DNA of 64,000 bases from Dipteris shenzhenensis (taxonomy: Eukaryota): the NCBI GenBank assembly GCA_047967505.1, contig CM106538.1; one strand, 5' to 3'. Numbering within the stretch: the first letter of the stretch is position 1; every line of letters starts with the position of its first letter. This document shows positions 47,700 through 62,400 of this stretch, piece after piece. The notes beneath the pieces are model-generated. The model did no database searches and was not told the DNA's origin. It saw only the letters and a program-made list of their open reading frames with translations. The translations under genes were made by a program, and so were the position numbers.

Positions 47700-50600
47700 T
47701 GTTACGCTCTAGCCGAGGTAGCATGACCTCGGAAGAATCAGTCGACATTTCCCTTAAAGGATCTATCTCTGTAAAATATATGTTTGCGCTTCATGTAAAT
47801 GATCGGGAGGGATTTAATGTCAAGGTCCTAGGTGAGGGTTGATAGCACCAGACTAGGTGGATCTAAGGCTAAGGGCCTAATGCAAAGAATGTGCCTAGGG
47901 GCAAAGGATTTAATGCATCCCAAGAGAGGGGTGAAATGTTGCATTAGGAAGGCCCTATATGGATGACATGTGGCATCTAGATCCATCTAGGGAGATGGGG
48001 CTTGTTGAAGCTTGAGAGAGAAGAGAGTGTGGTTTTTCACGTATGTTTTGATTGGTAATTCTCTGTTTTGCTTGAAAGCTTCAACAAGGTTGGCTGGGTG
48101 GACGAACTCCGGTGCTGCTCCCGTGATCTGTAGTAGGAATAGTTGTATGTTGTGTGACATTTGGTATCAGAGCAGGTTGAGTGAGCAAGGGACGGGAGAC
48201 GTTTGTGAAGGGCCTGCGAGGGGACTTGGATCCCTGTAACGACGTGACGTGACCTTAGAAATAAGGTGACAGTTGGTATCATCACGCACGTTGACGAACT
48301 TGAAGGTTGGCTGGCCGACGAGCAGTAACGGGCTAATGGCGCATGCAAGCGCTCACAAGCTGGATGTTTGGCATCGCGGGAGCTATGTGATTGGCCCAAG
48401 GATCAGCCTTGGCCCGTCGCGTGGGCAGGGATTCATCTGAAGGTCGCGTGAGCTCGTGAAGGACCTGGTATGCACGTCGTCCGGGGCTTTGGCCAAAACT
48501 GTCGATGCACAGGTTGGTGGCTTGGAAGAGCGTAGCGGGAGTGCTGGTGGCGAATCACCCGAGGGTGACGACGAGAAGGCTGCCGACGAGGTCCGTGAGG
48601 AGCGGCGCTCACGTGGAGGGTTCTGAAGTGATGCAAGTGATTCGACGAAGATAGTCCGTGGGCTGGGAGATATTCGTCGACAGGAACGGATAGTTTAGGG
48701 CGACTGCAGCAAGGTGTTTCGTGGGTCTAACGGAGAATTTGATCGACGCTCATTGTCACATTTCTGCGTCTGTGATAAACAGTCCGTAGGTTGGCGTGGA
48801 CAGCACAATCTGAAGGATACGCGACACCAGAGAAGTCTTTTTACTCATGAGCAGGCAGTACGCAGAGGCTGCAGGATCCAGAGATACCGATTGGACGCAG
48901 AGGCGCAGGACTTAACCAGGGAGCTTTCTTTGATCTCCCTTAGCTTTGTGTTGTTTTTTTTTTTTTCTTCCTTAATTAGCTGGGTGACGCGCTACTTCCA
49001 TAGAAAGGACAGCATGCATGAGGTTTCAGCGTGGCAGTAAGGACGGGTTATGCCTGTGTGGTTCAGTTTGAGTTAATCTGCAGGAATCTCCCTAGTATAG
49101 GGAAAAGCGGGATTTGGATATATGCCTGTGTCAAATGCGTAGTTAGTGTGCATGTCAAATTGCAGGTATTCCCTAGTATAGGGAATTGTGTTCAGAGTGT
49201 TAGTACACTGAATTGTGTCAGCCTGTGATTACAGTGTTCTAGGGGTGTTGAAAAAAAAAAAAAAAAAAAAAAACCCCAAGACAAAACACCTATTGAATTA
49301 AATGGAAGCAGAAGAAGGGGCTTCCAGGAGGGACCCTGGTGAATCAGGAGTCCGGCCGACCCAGCAGGGATCGCGCCCAGTAGCTCATACTTTATCTGGC
49401 AGGATTGCATTGTTGGAGGATGCCTTGCAGCAGTTGTTAGCGCAGCAATTACAAGCCAATGCAGGGCAGTCCGAGCTTAGGAGAGTGATACATAGTATGT
49501 CTGCCAGACCTTCTCGAGAGGAAAAGGGAAAGGCCCCAATGGAACCGGAGTCTAGCGTTCATTCGAGCCTAGGAAGGCTAAAGTGCCGAATATTGCAAAT
49601 TACAGACCGGAGAAGTATTCTGGTCGGATGAACGACCGTAGCTCCGATGTCATTGAGACCTGGTTACACAAATGGGACGAGGCGCTCGCCATTTGTGAGA
49701 TCAGAAATGACATCAAAAAGATCCGCGAGGCCACCCATATGTTTAGTGAGGCAGCGGATCGGTGGTGGATTAAGCAACAAAAAGATGGCATAGCATCCAC
49801 TACCTGGGAGGGGTTTAAGAGAGAGTTCAGGAAACACTTCTTACCTCCTGACGAAGCATCCCGAGCTTGGGACCAATATAGGAACCTTCGTCAGAGAAAT
49901 TTATCAGTGGCAGAATACACTGATAAGTTTCGAGAGAGTGTAATGAAGGTTGACGAACCCCTGCCTCAATCAATCCAAGTGAAAGATTTCATATTTGGAT
50001 TGAATGACCGAATAAAAATGGAAGTTCGGGCTAAGTACGCGAACACGCTAGATGATGCAATAGCTATAGCCCTGAACTACGAGGATGCCAAGGGCAGCAA
50101 GCCAAGTGGGTTTGCACAGGTCGGAACCCAGTATGGGTATCCAAAAAAATCTGGGTTTAAGAAGAAGTGGGCTAGCAGAGGGAGTGGTTCGCAGCCGAGT
50201 GGTCAAGCCAAGCAGGCGAGACTGGCTGAAACTCCTAAACCAAGTACCACCATTGGAGTGAAGAGGAAAGTAACTCCAATGGCAGCCCGGGCTTGGTCTA
50301 AATCTCCCTTGAATCCAGAACAGCGGGAAAAAGCGAGGAGAGAAGGCTTATGCTTTGGTTGCCTTCAACCTCATCAGTGGAGAGATTGTCCACGTAATAA
50401 AGATGGTGATCTCAGAGTGCGACGTGGAGATGCAGGGAAGTCCCAGAGCGGAAGAAATGCAGATTCAGCTAGCGGGATCTTCTCAGAGGTTAGTACCTTG
50501 TTTGTTCTGTGTGTCTGTTACTAAGTTAGTGACGAGTGCACCTGATAACATCCTATCTAAGCCCGCAACAACGGGGTATACAGCCTTCAATGATACGGAG

Positions 50601-53600
50601 TTAATTAAAATGAAAGAGCAAGTGGCCAGTCATGATGTCATTGTGTTGTTTGACTCAGCGTCAACCCACAATGTGATTAACTCCAAGCTCGTGAAGAGGC
50701 TGAAACTAAAGACCAGTCCATCTGACTATGCGTACACAGTCAGGATGGCAGATGGAAGTTCAACTGAAGTATGGGACCAAAGGGTACCCAGTTAGAGCTT
50801 CGGATTCAGGACTATGCTGAGAAGCTTGATTTTGAAATAACCAAGCTTGCTCATGCGGATATAGCCCTGGGAATGGCGTGGCATTCTAGGAATATCAATT
50901 CAAGATGAATGATGTGCTTTATGTCTTGCGAGGTGAAAGAGATATACCTCAGGGACCGTTGGTCTCCGTGATGGAAATCAGAAAGGCTCAAGTAGAGTTT
51001 TTGTACCTTTGCACAGCATCGGTAGAGTCGATGGATGATTCTTCGACTAGCACTGATGTTACGCAAAGTGGTGAGATGGCCAAGCTGGCTAATCTTATAA
51101 CAGAGGAGTTCTCTGAATGTTTTAGGGATGAACTACCTTATGGGTTACCTCCAGAGCGGAAAGTTCAGCATAAGATTGAACTGATCCCGGGGGGCAGAAC
51201 CTGTAAATAGACCTCCCTATAGAATGAGTTTTACTGAAGAAGCGGAGGTGCGTAGACAATTGGAAGAATACCTCAAGTTGGGGCAGATTCAACCAAGTTT
51301 CTCACCTTTTGCTTCACCAGTGATATTAAAGAGGAAAAAGGATGATACGTTTCGCCTCTGTATAGATTACAGAGCATTAAATAATATCACTGTTAAACAC
51401 AGGTATCCGATGGCTCGGATTGATGATTTGCTAGATGCATTACATGGAGCCGTGATTTTCAGCAAGATAGATCTTAAGTGCGGCTATCATCAGATCCGGA
51501 TTAGAGCTGAGGATGTGCATAAAACCGCTTTTAGAAGCAGGTTTGGTCATTATGAGTTTTTGGTAATGCCCTTCGGACTTACCAATGCTCCAGCGACCTT
51601 CGTCATGCTTATGAACGATTTACTACGTCCGTATATCGGAAAGTTCGTAGTACATTTTATTGACGATATCCTAATATTCAGTAAAAGTGTTACTGAGCAT
51701 CGTGAACACTTAAGGATAGTGTTCAGTACTTTGACGAAAGCCAGTCTTTACGTGAATAAAAAGAAAACTATACTGTGTATGGTTAGGCTTGAGTATTTAG
51801 GGTTCATAATTACTCCACAGGGGGTAGAAATGGATCCGAAGAAAGTGGCTGCGATACTAACTTGGCCAATCCCTCAGAGTCTGACCGCGTTGCGATCATT
51901 CTTGGGATTTGTTCAGTTTTATAGAAGACATATCAAAGGATATTCCAGAATAGTATCGCCATTAACTGATCTGACCTCAGATAAAGTACCTTTTATTTGG
52001 GGACAGAATCAACAGGAAAGTTTTAACACCATAAAACAAGCTGTGGTCTCAGGACCCGTGTTAAAAATAGTTGATCCCCAGAAACCGTTGTTCCTAGAAA
52101 CCGATGCAAGTGGCATTGCGGTAGGAGCAGTCCTCCTTCAAGAGCGAAGGCCAGTAGCCTTTGAAAGCAAGAAGCTTTCTCCCTCTCAAAGGAATTGGCC
52201 AACTCATGAATTGGAGTTGTATGTTGTTATCCATGCTTTGAAAACATGGAGGCATTATCTGTATGCTTCAGAGTTTTATGTGGATGTGGATCATGATACT
52301 CTGAAACATTTTTGTAAACAGCCTGACTTGAGGGGCCGCCAAGCTAGGTGGGCAGAGCTCATGCAGGAGTTTAATCTAACGATTCGGTACCGAAGAGGAA
52401 AAGACAATAAGGTTGCTGATGCGTTGTCTCGCATTATGCACAACCTGAGTTTCACGGTATTAGAGAGTGCTCTAATGACTGAGATAAGAGAAACTCAAAA
52501 GGTGGACGAGTTTGTCCAGAGCTTATGGCCTAAGGCTCATGTGTTAAAACCCGGGGAAAGTCAAAAGGATGACCTGGCATCCAGAAAAGGCCAAACTTAT
52601 GCGAGATATACCATAAGGGATGGTATGCTAGTTAGAAATGGCAAGGTTGTACTACCTGGTCAGAATGATCTCAGGCAGAGAGTCATTCGACAATGCCATG
52701 ATAGCCCGTGTGCGGGACATCCAGGTGTCGAGAAGACCTATGATCTCGTGAAACAAGATTTCTTTTGGCCAAAGATGAAAAAGCATATTCATGAATATGT
52801 GACACGGTGTTTCTCGTGTCAGGTAAGTAAGGCCGAGCGGGTGAAGCCACCCGGACTTTTACAGCCCTTGGAAATACCACTAAGTAAGTGGGAGAGCATT
52901 TCCATGGATTTTATTGTAGGGCTACCTGCAACACAAGGAGGATATAATTCTATCCTTGTAGTGGTTGATCGTCTAACCAAGATGGCTCACTTCATTCCGA
53001 CTAGAGAGTCTGTTAGTGCCCCGCAAGTGGCGGATTTGTTCATTAGACATATATTTCGTCTGCATGGATTGCCTAAATCCATAGTGTCAGACAGAGATGT
53101 CAGATTTACCGGTCATTTTTGGACAGCGGTATTTGAGACACTAAGGACGGAGTTGGGGATGAGTAGTGGGGATCATCCTGAGACGGATGGTCAGACGGAG
53201 AGAGTCAACCAGACTTTAGAGGATATGCTGAGGGCATATGTGTCATTGAGGCAACATACATGGGACAATGGTTGCCATTGTTGGAGTTTGCCTACAATGA
53301 TAGGAAGCATTCATCTACTGGGTTCAGTCCGTTTGAGCTGAACTATGGTTATAGACCAGCCAATCCGACTATAGTTGGAGTACCTCAGAAAGTGCCTAGT
53401 GCCGCGAACTTTGTAGTTCAGATGCGGGAGATGCTAGCACTTGCGAGAGCTAATATCCGTCAGGCTATGGATAGAGCCAAGGTGTATGCGGATGAAAATC
53501 GGTCTATAAGAGTATTTGAAGAAGGAGAAAAAGTTTTTCTCAGAATTCCTTCGCACTCGAAGTCGTTGACTTCAGGAGAGTGTGCTAAATTATCACCTCG

Positions 53601-54424
53601 ATATTGTGGGCCGTGGTTAATTCTAAAGAGAATAGGCAGTGTAGCCTATAAATTAGAATTGCCACAGGGGTGTAAGGTGCACCCGGTTTTTCATGTTTCA
53701 CGTTTAAAGAAATTTTTACATACTGGTGACTCACTAATCGAAGGTGTGGTTTTGTTTCAGGAGATAGAGGATATTGCAAGACGCAAACCAACAAGAATCT
53801 TGGACCGAGGAACAATGCAAATACGAAATCGGAAGATACCCACGGTGTTGGTTGCATGGCATGGTCAGCCTCTATCCGAAGCTACCTGGGAATCCGTATA
53901 TCAGTTGCGGAGAGTGTTCCCAGACTTTATGATCGAGGACGCTGATGTCTGAAGAGGGAAGGAATGTTACGCTCTAGCCGAGGTAGCATGACCTCGGAAG
54001 AATCAGTCGACATTTCCCTTAAAGGATCTATCTCTGTAAAATATATGTTTGCGCTTCATGTAAATGATCGGGAGGGATTTAATGTCAAGGTCCTAGGTGA
54101 GGGTTGATAGCACCAGACTAGGTGGATCTAAGGCTAAGGGCCTAATGCAAAGAATGTGCCTAGGGGCAAAGGATTTAATGCATCCCAAGAGAGGGGTGAA
54201 ATGTTGCATTAGGAAGGCCCTATATGGATGACATGTGGCATCTAGATCCATCTAGGGAGATGGGGCTTGTTGAAGCTTGAGAGAGAAGAGAGAGTGGTTT
54301 TTCACGTATGTTCTGATTGGTAATTCTCTGTTTTGCTTGAAAGCTTCAACAAGGTTGGCTGGGTGGATGAACTCCGGTGCTGCTCCCGTGATCTGTAGTA
54401 GGAATAGTTGTATGTTGTGTGACA
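47700..54424 (+). mobile_element. Full-length, young Ty3/Gypsy chromovirus-type LTR retrotransposon
   Basis: 460-bp LTRs at 47700-48159 and 53965-54424 (TGTTAC...GTGACA, about 3 differences seen), TSD AATGG, PBS TGGTATCAGAGC at 48162, PPT GAAGAGGGAAGGAA at 53951. Confidence 0.97.
49302..53952 (+). pseudogene. gag-pol polyprotein (gag, CCHC, PR, RT, RNase H, INT, chromodomain), broken by several frameshifts
   Basis: ORFs 49302-49631, 49583-50524 (gag, CFGCLQPHQWRDC), 50355-50795 (LFDSAST), 50905-51210, 51224-53341 ([28 protein letters not shown]) and 53260-53952 (GPW; chromodomain ...LVAWHGQPLSEATWE). Confidence 0.95.
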
Positions 54425-54429
54425 AATGG

Positions 54430-56200
54430 CTTCTACTCGATCTCCAACACATCATCTAGATAATCCATGCACAAGAGATCAGGGTTTATATTCTCTTCCT
54501 ATACAACAATGCATGGTTTGATTCAAGCAATCTACGTGAACTTTCAAATCCACGGGTTCTTCATCAAAGGGTTTATGCACATCTATTTTACAAATAGCAA
54601 TGGCCTTATTGCCTTGAAAAACCTCACATTTGTTAAAATCTACATCTAGAACATACGCGCTAATATAGAAATTGAAACAAGCCCCCACCCCCCTTGAGAA
54701 GAAAGGCAAGATAGTTGTTTCTTACATCAACCATGTGCATATTTCCTCCGTCAATTTGAAGAATTCCCTTGCTACATGGTTATCTATCTATGAGAATTTA
54801 CCCACAACATCCTTGTCCTTGTCCTAGTAACATAGGTTTTTGCATGCTTTAGAGTGACTTCTTTGGTGGAATATGTGCTCATACTAAAGTCAAACGTCCA
54901 AAAGGCTTGGCATTCCTCTATGGGACATAGGTCAAGCAACTTGCACTCAAGATTCAACTACATATTGACACACTAAGCTTAAATGTCATGCCACTTGTTT
55001 GTTATGATGCCATTCTTGGACAACGTTGTTGTAATGATTCTAACCATTTGATTTTTTTCCGAAGACATTACATCCAATTTGTTCACAAAAGACAACTTCT
55101 AGAGTTAATAGATACATAAGATGCTCTTTCAATAAGCATCGTGTTCATAAAAAGAAAGAAATTATGGTATTTCATTTGGTAATGGGATTTGGCAAAGCAC
55201 CTATGTATTTGCATTGGCCTTTCTTCCTTACTTATGTGAATAATTTTCAAATGAGCTAGGAGTTGAGCTACTTCTCATCAATTAGGGGACCATGCTTATG
55301 CTTTTGATGGTACAAGGCTCAACCTCCTTGTCGGGTTTCCCTGTTACAATCTTAGAAAATCCAAAAGAGTACAAAGTTGCACAACCACGATCGTACTTGA
55401 TCAAGTTGGAATCCGTTTGTGTCTCAAGTACTCGTTAAAAAACATGACTATGCAAACCTATATAGGCTATTTTGATTTAAGTAAGCTCAATATCCTAGGT
55501 CTTACATTGATGAACTTTATGTTCCATTGCTTCATTGCTAGTACTTTTCTAAATTGATCTCACATCTGGATATCACCAAATTTGAATATGAGAAAATGAT
55601 GCTTCCACAAAAATATGGTCGCCAAGCATGTCTAGTAATGCATTTTGTGTTAACCAATGTCTTGGTAATCTTTTATGCCATCAATGAATGCCACCTTTGG
55701 CCCTTCCTCAAGAAACTTCTCTTCATCTCTTTAAATGAAAATTCCGTATTCGATGGTACTTGATTGGAAAAATGACATCTTTAGCATGTCTTTCAATTTC
55801 TACATAACCACTTTCTCTTACATTAATTGTGGAAGATTTGATCTGCACGATCTAGAATATTTGAGCCAATGGTTATTTTGACCAGCCAAAGAATTCAAGT
55901 TGGCAAGCCCACACAACATCCATGATTTTCACTTTTTAGGTTTGACCACAGTAAAGTTTATGAAATCTATAAGACTGATTGAGCCCCTTAAAAGCAATAT
56001 AGCTCTTAATTGGCATGTTGATGGAGCTATAACTGAAGTTACGGTTGACACTTCAAATCCTTACTAGAACAACTCTAATAAAAAGCTTCTTACCATTGTA
56101 CATACCTTCACACATGTACAACGGAAAAAATAGATAAAGACATGCTCTAGTACTAGTCAATCATGAACACTCGACAAGCATGATGGATAGCATTTCTTGG
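54430..56200 (+). mobile_element. Old degraded Gypsy (gag/PR/RT remnants); its gag start is probably at ~47400-47699, split by the young element
   Basis: Protease-like YDAILGQR (about 55000) and RT-like remnants (about 55450-55900); gag-like GWLF/ASFL pieces lie just upstream of 47700. Confidence 0.6.
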
Positions 56201-56273
56201 AAATTTCCACTTGGGAACAAGATGATTGCCTCATGGCATTGTTATAATCCATTAATGCCAATTATTGCCAATT

Positions 56274-56880
56274 CTTTTAATGAGACAGTTCTTCCGGTTT
56301 CCATTAGGGTGGCAATATGAACGCCAATTAGCTAATATCACCACAACTGAAGAACTATGTTGAGAGGAGAATAAACGCAAGGGAAAAGCAATACTACATA
56401 AATGCTTTTAATGAGATACTTCTTCTGGTTTCCATTAGGGTGGCACATGTGTCATGAACGCCAATTAGCTAGTATCACCACAAAACACATAGTATCCAGT
56501 TACAACTAAAAGAAGTAAGTCGAGAGGAGAATGCACGCGAAGGGAAGCAATACTACCTAAATGCTTTTAATGAGATAGTTATTCTAATTTCCATTAGGTT
56601 GGCATACGATCGCCAATTAGCTAATATCACCACAAAACACATAGAACTATGTTGAGAAGAGAATGAACGCAAGGTGAACGAAATACTACATGCTAAAAAA
56701 CACTTTAGACAGCCATAACCCGTGGTTGGAGTTAAAAATATAATTTTTTGTTAGACTACTGACATCAGGCTAGTATCACCACAAAACAAGTAGTATCCAA
56801 TTACAACTAAAAGAATGAATGCAAGGGGAAAGCGATATTGTATACTTTAAAACACTTCAGACAACTATAATCCATGGTTG
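56274..56880. repeat. Degenerate tandem repeat, ~130-160-bp unit, 3 copies plus partials
   Basis: CTTTTAATGAGA...TTTCCATTAGG.TGGCA...CGCCAATTAGCTA.TATCACCACAA recurs at about 56274, 56405 and 56564. Confidence 0.85.
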
Positions 56881-56899
56881 TAGATAAAGAAAACACTTT

Positions 56900-59476
56900 C
56901 AGGGAACAATTGCTGAACATTTATGAAGTCGTTCTAGATTGAGAGATGATCTCCACCACTCTGAACTCTCTTCCCGAGTCCTATCTCCGTTTCCACACCT
57001 CGCTGAATTTGTCATTGAGGGGGGGCAGCAATCCTCTCTCCTTTCACAAGTTGGTAGGACTTCTGTTGCAGGAGGAACAAACATGCAGAAATATGGCAAC
57101 CCGGGCTGGCGAGCATGCTATGCTCTCCAAGTTCAAGCCCAAGGGTAAAGGGCAGCACAAGCCACATGCCAATCAGCCCACACATCAGCATAAAGCTGAT
57201 TCTGGACAACCTTCTTATAAGGCACAGGGTGATACAAACAAGCAGAAAAAGAAGGGCATCTGTCATTATTGCAAGAAGCCAGGTCATTATATTGGAGAGT
57301 GCAAGAAGCGCATAGCCAAAGAAAAGAAAAGGGATTCCGGTATGGCTGTATCAGATGCATCAGGTCCACATTGCCATGATGGAGGAGATGTCGCAGCCAA
57401 CTTGGTTGAAGAGCACTATGCCTTTTTGTCTTGCACTTCAGATTTTTCAGTGGGTAGTTCAGATACTACAGCCACTAATCATGATGACACATATGCTTTT
57501 TTGACTTGCAGTTACGATCCTTCAAAGGATGAATGCTCTTTCAGTGTTGATGAAACACTACATACTTGGTATTTTGATAGTGGTGCTTCAAAGCACATCA
57601 CTTCCAAGAAAAATCTGTTTGTAACTCTGCATTCTTCACCCACCAAGAAGAAGGTAACTTGTGCAAATAATTCTTCTTATTCAGTGTGTGGAGTGGGAGA
57701 CATTATTCTCACATCCACTGATGGCACAGATTTCATAATTTCAGATGTACTCTATGTGCCAGGTATAAAGAAGTATCCTCACTCAATAGAGGAGGATTTC
57801 AGGTTGTTTTTTATGATGACAATTGTGCAGTCAGAGACAAAGAAAATGACTATGCTTTGAGGTTGTCTGGCACTTTGTATCGGGGTCTTTTTCAGCTTGA
57901 TTTATATGAAAAAATATCCCATCTTGCATTATCAGTTAGCACTCCCACTGCTGCGATGCAGAATGCGGAGCTATGGCATGCCAAGTATGGGCACATGAGC
58001 TATGGCAGCTTAATGACACTTCAGAGGCATGATATGGTTGATGCATTACCTCCTTTGGAGTCGCGTCCTCCTCATGCATGTGAAGGTTGCATTCTTGGCA
58101 AAATGCATAGGCTTCCCTTCAAGAAGGATGGTGCAGTGAAAGCTACAAGAAAATTGCAGCTTATTCTAAGTGATGTCTGCGGTCCCATGAGGACACCTGC
58201 TTTTGGGGGTTATCTCTATTTTGTTACATTCATAGATGACTTTACCGATTACACTTGGGTCTAGGGTCTCAAGGCAAAATCAGAAGTGTTTATGCATTTC
58301 AAATACTTTGTGGCTATGGTTGAGAATGAGACAGGACTCAAGGTGCAGACACTTCGCACAGATCGAGGGGGGGAATATATGTCTCATGAATTTGAGACAT
58401 TTTTGAAAGAAAAAGGCATTATGCATCAGCTTACAGTGAGGCTTATACCTCAACAGAATGGCAAAGCTGAGCGGAAGAATTGCACTGCCATGGAAATGGA
58501 TAGATGCATGCTCACAAGTAAAAAGTTGCCTCACAGGTTTTGGTTGGAAGGCCTCATGTGTGCCAACTATATTTTAAATCGGGCTCCTACGAAGGCTTTG
58601 AAGACAATCACTCCCTATGAGGCATGGCATGGGAGAAAGCCTTCAGTGGACCATTTCAAAGTTTTTGGTTGTGTAGCATATGCCCACGTGCCTGTGGAGT
58701 TCAGACACAAGTTGTCAGATAAGGCACTAAAATGCATTTTTGTGGGATATAGTTCACAAAGCAAAGGCTATCGTCTCTACAATCCTGCTACACGCAAGAT
58801 TTTTGTTAGTAGAGATGTCATATTCTCTGAAAATTCTGCACATACAAATGCTGAATTTCAGATTCCGGCCTCTTCAGATGATGTGTTTGAGGGGATGCTT
58901 CCTATAGCATTTGGTTCCCCCGCTGAAACTCAAAATTTACAGCAACCTCCGCCAGCTCCACAAGTACAACTTCAGCCCCCCAGCTGAATTGGTACAACCT
59001 CAGGGTGTGGATGAAGTTGTCAGGCAAGAAATTCAAAAGATAAATGCAGCCAAAACAATCCCGCATTGGTTGCTTCAGACTCTCAGGGAGAGTAGGCTTG
59101 AAGCTCCATTGCCTGGTTGAACTCGTAGTGTAGTAAGGCACATGGGGGGAGCTCATTCAGTTGAATCAGTTTATGCAGGTACTCTTCTTGATGAGGAGGA
59201 GCCATTTGAAGAAGCAAAAAATAATGTGCATTGGATGAATGCCATGCACGATGAGTTGCAGTCCATTCATAAAAATCAGACTTGAGATGTTGTGGATTTA
59301 CCACCAGGTAAGAATGCCATAGGTACACGGTGGGTTTTCAAAGTCAAAAGAAAGCCAGATGGGTCCATTGATCGGTACAAGGCAAGGCTGGTTGCAAAAG
59401 GATATGCTCAGAAAAAAGGCATAGATTATGAGGAGACTTTTGCTCCTACATCCAGGATGACCACCATCAGGTCAGT
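56900..59476 (+). mobile_element. Ty1/Copia element fragment (gag C-terminus, PR, INT, start of RT)
   Basis: CHYCKKPGHYIGEC, WYFDSGASKH, LWHAKYGH..CEGC, LRTDRGGEY, PQQNGKAER and [24 protein letters not shown] in PR-INT-RT order. Lacks the 5' LTR and is interrupted in RT at 59477. Confidence 0.95.
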
Positions 59477-62400
59477 TGTAAGAAATCCTAGATTTACTAT
59501 ATTTAGAAATGTGCTAAGGAACAGAAAGGAAACTGAAAATAGCAGAGAACAAGGAATATTTGTATTCCATGATAAGTCGATGTCGAGTCTCGCTGTCGAT
59601 GGTTCAAAATACGCTTAGGAATAAGAAGCACATAATCGTCTTCGATTTCTGGGACATAATCACCTGTAGAAGGAACTGCTTCATCGCCTGGAATGTACGT
59701 CTTTAGCCAAGAAATATGAAATGTCGGATGGATTTTACCCCATGATGGTGGTAATTCCAATTTGTAACTTAAAGGTGAATTTTTCTTGATGATCCGGAAA
59801 GGTCCATAGTATCTTGGTCGCAACTTAGGAAACACAGAGTTATCGTCTTATAGCGATGTGGGGCTACAAATAATAGCACCATGTCACCAGTGTCAAATTC
59901 CAGGTGACGTCTATGTTTGTTGGCAGACCGTTGATACCGCTCTTGCGCTTTTTGCATATGATCCCTGACTTGGAGTAGAATGTCTTGCATTTCGTGAACC
60001 AGTTGATTAGCTAGGGCCACTCGATGTTGAAGTATAAAATTCGTTGGTACGATCGGAGTATGTCCATAAGCTGCTTGGAATGGAGTTATGCTAATGGCAC
60101 TATGGAAAGAGTTATTATAAGCAAACTCAAGGAGTGGTAGATACTCTTCCCAAGCTGCTAGGCGTGACTGAATATAATGTCGAAGCATTTCTTCCAGAAC
60201 TTGGTTGACTTTTTCAGTCTGGCCATCTGATTCTGGGTGGTAGGTTGAATTGAACAGTAAAGTTGTAACCAAAGATTCGAACAGTGAAATCCAAAAGTGA
60301 CTGGTAAACTTAGGATCTCTGTCAGATATGATATTCTTGGGCAATCCATGGTGTCGGAAGATGTGTTGTATGAAGAGTTTGGCGATGTCCGGAGCCTGTG
60401 GACTTCTTTTGCAAGTAACAAAGTGTGCCATTTTGGACAGTCGATCAACAATTACCATAATCTGAGTGTTACCTCGGGAGGATCGTGGTAGTGTTGTAAT
60501 GAAATCCATGGAAATACTTTCCCACCTTTCAGTTGGAACTGGAAGAGGCTGAAGAAGTCTTGCTGAAAGTCGTCGGCTTGCTTTCATTTGTTGACAAGAT
60601 AAGCAAGATGTAACCATTTTGATGACGTCGCTTTTCATCCGAGGCCAGCAGTATGTTGCACTGAGTAACCTATAAGTCTTGTTGATGCCTGGATGGGCAG
60701 CATAAGAAACTACATGATGCTCTTTTAACAAAAGACGTCGAACATCCTTGTAATGTGGTACACAGACGCGATCTTGAGAATACAGGTCGTCGTCCGTATA
60801 AGAATAGGATGAGAAAATCTTCTGTTCGGAAGTCGAAGGTTGATCTTTTGAAAGAACTTGTATTGCTGTGCCGAAGTCTTTATCATTGAAATACTTCCCT
60901 TTAAATGAATTCGGAACATCCACAGATAATGTAGAGATTACCATAGCTGATGCTAGAGTTAACCTGCTGAGAGCCTCTGCAACTACATTGCGTAGTCCTG
61001 GAATGTACTCAATGGTCATGTGAAAGTTGGCCAGAAACTCAACCCAGCGTGCTTGTCGAGCGTTCATGATTGGCTGAGTAAAGATATACTTTAAAGAGTG
61101 ATGGTCTGTCTTGACCACCGAGTCGGCTCCCATGAGATAATGTTTCCAAGAGCGATAAGCATGTACAATGGCAAGAAACTCCTTATCATAAACCGGGTAT
61201 CGGGTTTGGATATCGGAATGTTTATGGTTGTGAAAAGCAATAACTCTGCCTTCTTGCATCACCATTGCTCCTGTAGTGATGTCGGAAGCGTCGGTCATGA
61301 CCTCAAATGGAAGGTTGGGTCAGCAATAGCCATAATTGGTGTGGTAGTGAGTGCTTGCTTGAGTTGTTGGAAACTATACTCTGTTTCAGGAAGCCATTGA
61401 AAAACTAATGTGCTTTTCAATAATTCGGACATAGGAGCTGCGATTTCGGAAAACTGATAGACCTTTGTATGGTAGAAGTTTGCAAATCCGAGAAAAGAGC
61501 GGACATCATGAACATTCTTAGGAGTAGGCCAGTTTCGGATTACCTCGACCTTCTTGGGATCCACAGAGATGCCTTGAGCTGAAATAACATGTCCCAAATA
61601 TTCGAATTGGGTCTTGAAGAACTCACTCTTCTCAATGTTGATATAGAGAGAATTTGTGCGCAGAACTTCAAAAACTTGGTGAAGATGTTGTTTGTGCTCA
61701 TGTGGGGATTTGCTGAAAACGAGGATGTCATTGAGGTAAACGATGATGAACTTATCGAGGAAAGGCCTGAAGATGTCGCTCATTAGTGTCATGAATGTGG
61801 CTGGGGCATTGCTTAACCCAAAAGGCATGACCAAACATTCATAGTGTCCATACTTTGTTCGAAAAGCTGTCTTGTACTCATCGCCTTCTCGTATGCGAAT
61901 TTGATGATAACCTGAACGAAGATCAATCTTTGAGAATTGTGTTGCGTGTAGAAGTTGATCGAAGAGGTCATCAATGCGAGGCAATGGATACTTGTTTTCG
62001 ATAGTGAGCTTGTTGAGGGCTCGGTAGTCGATGCAAAGGCGCATTGACTTATTCTTTTTTTCCACAGTAGTATAGGAGCCCGAAAGGGCTACCACTGGGC
62101 CGAATGTGACCTTTGTCGAGTAGTTCGGTCACCTGTCGTTGGATTTCTTCATTTTGAGTGTAAGAAACCCGATAAGGAGGTTTTGACGGTGGATTACTGT
62201 CGGGAATAAGTCCGATTGGGTGATCCACTGGTCGTCGAGGTGGTAATTGCTTTGGCAATTCCTGTGAAAAAATATCCAGGTAGGGCTGGAAAAAAGGTTG
62301 GTTGAGGTATTCAGGAGGATCCTTTGTTGGTGACTCTACTGCTGTAACCAACAGAAGTGAAGTCTTTACTTGATGTTTATGAACCCACTTCTTTACTTGT

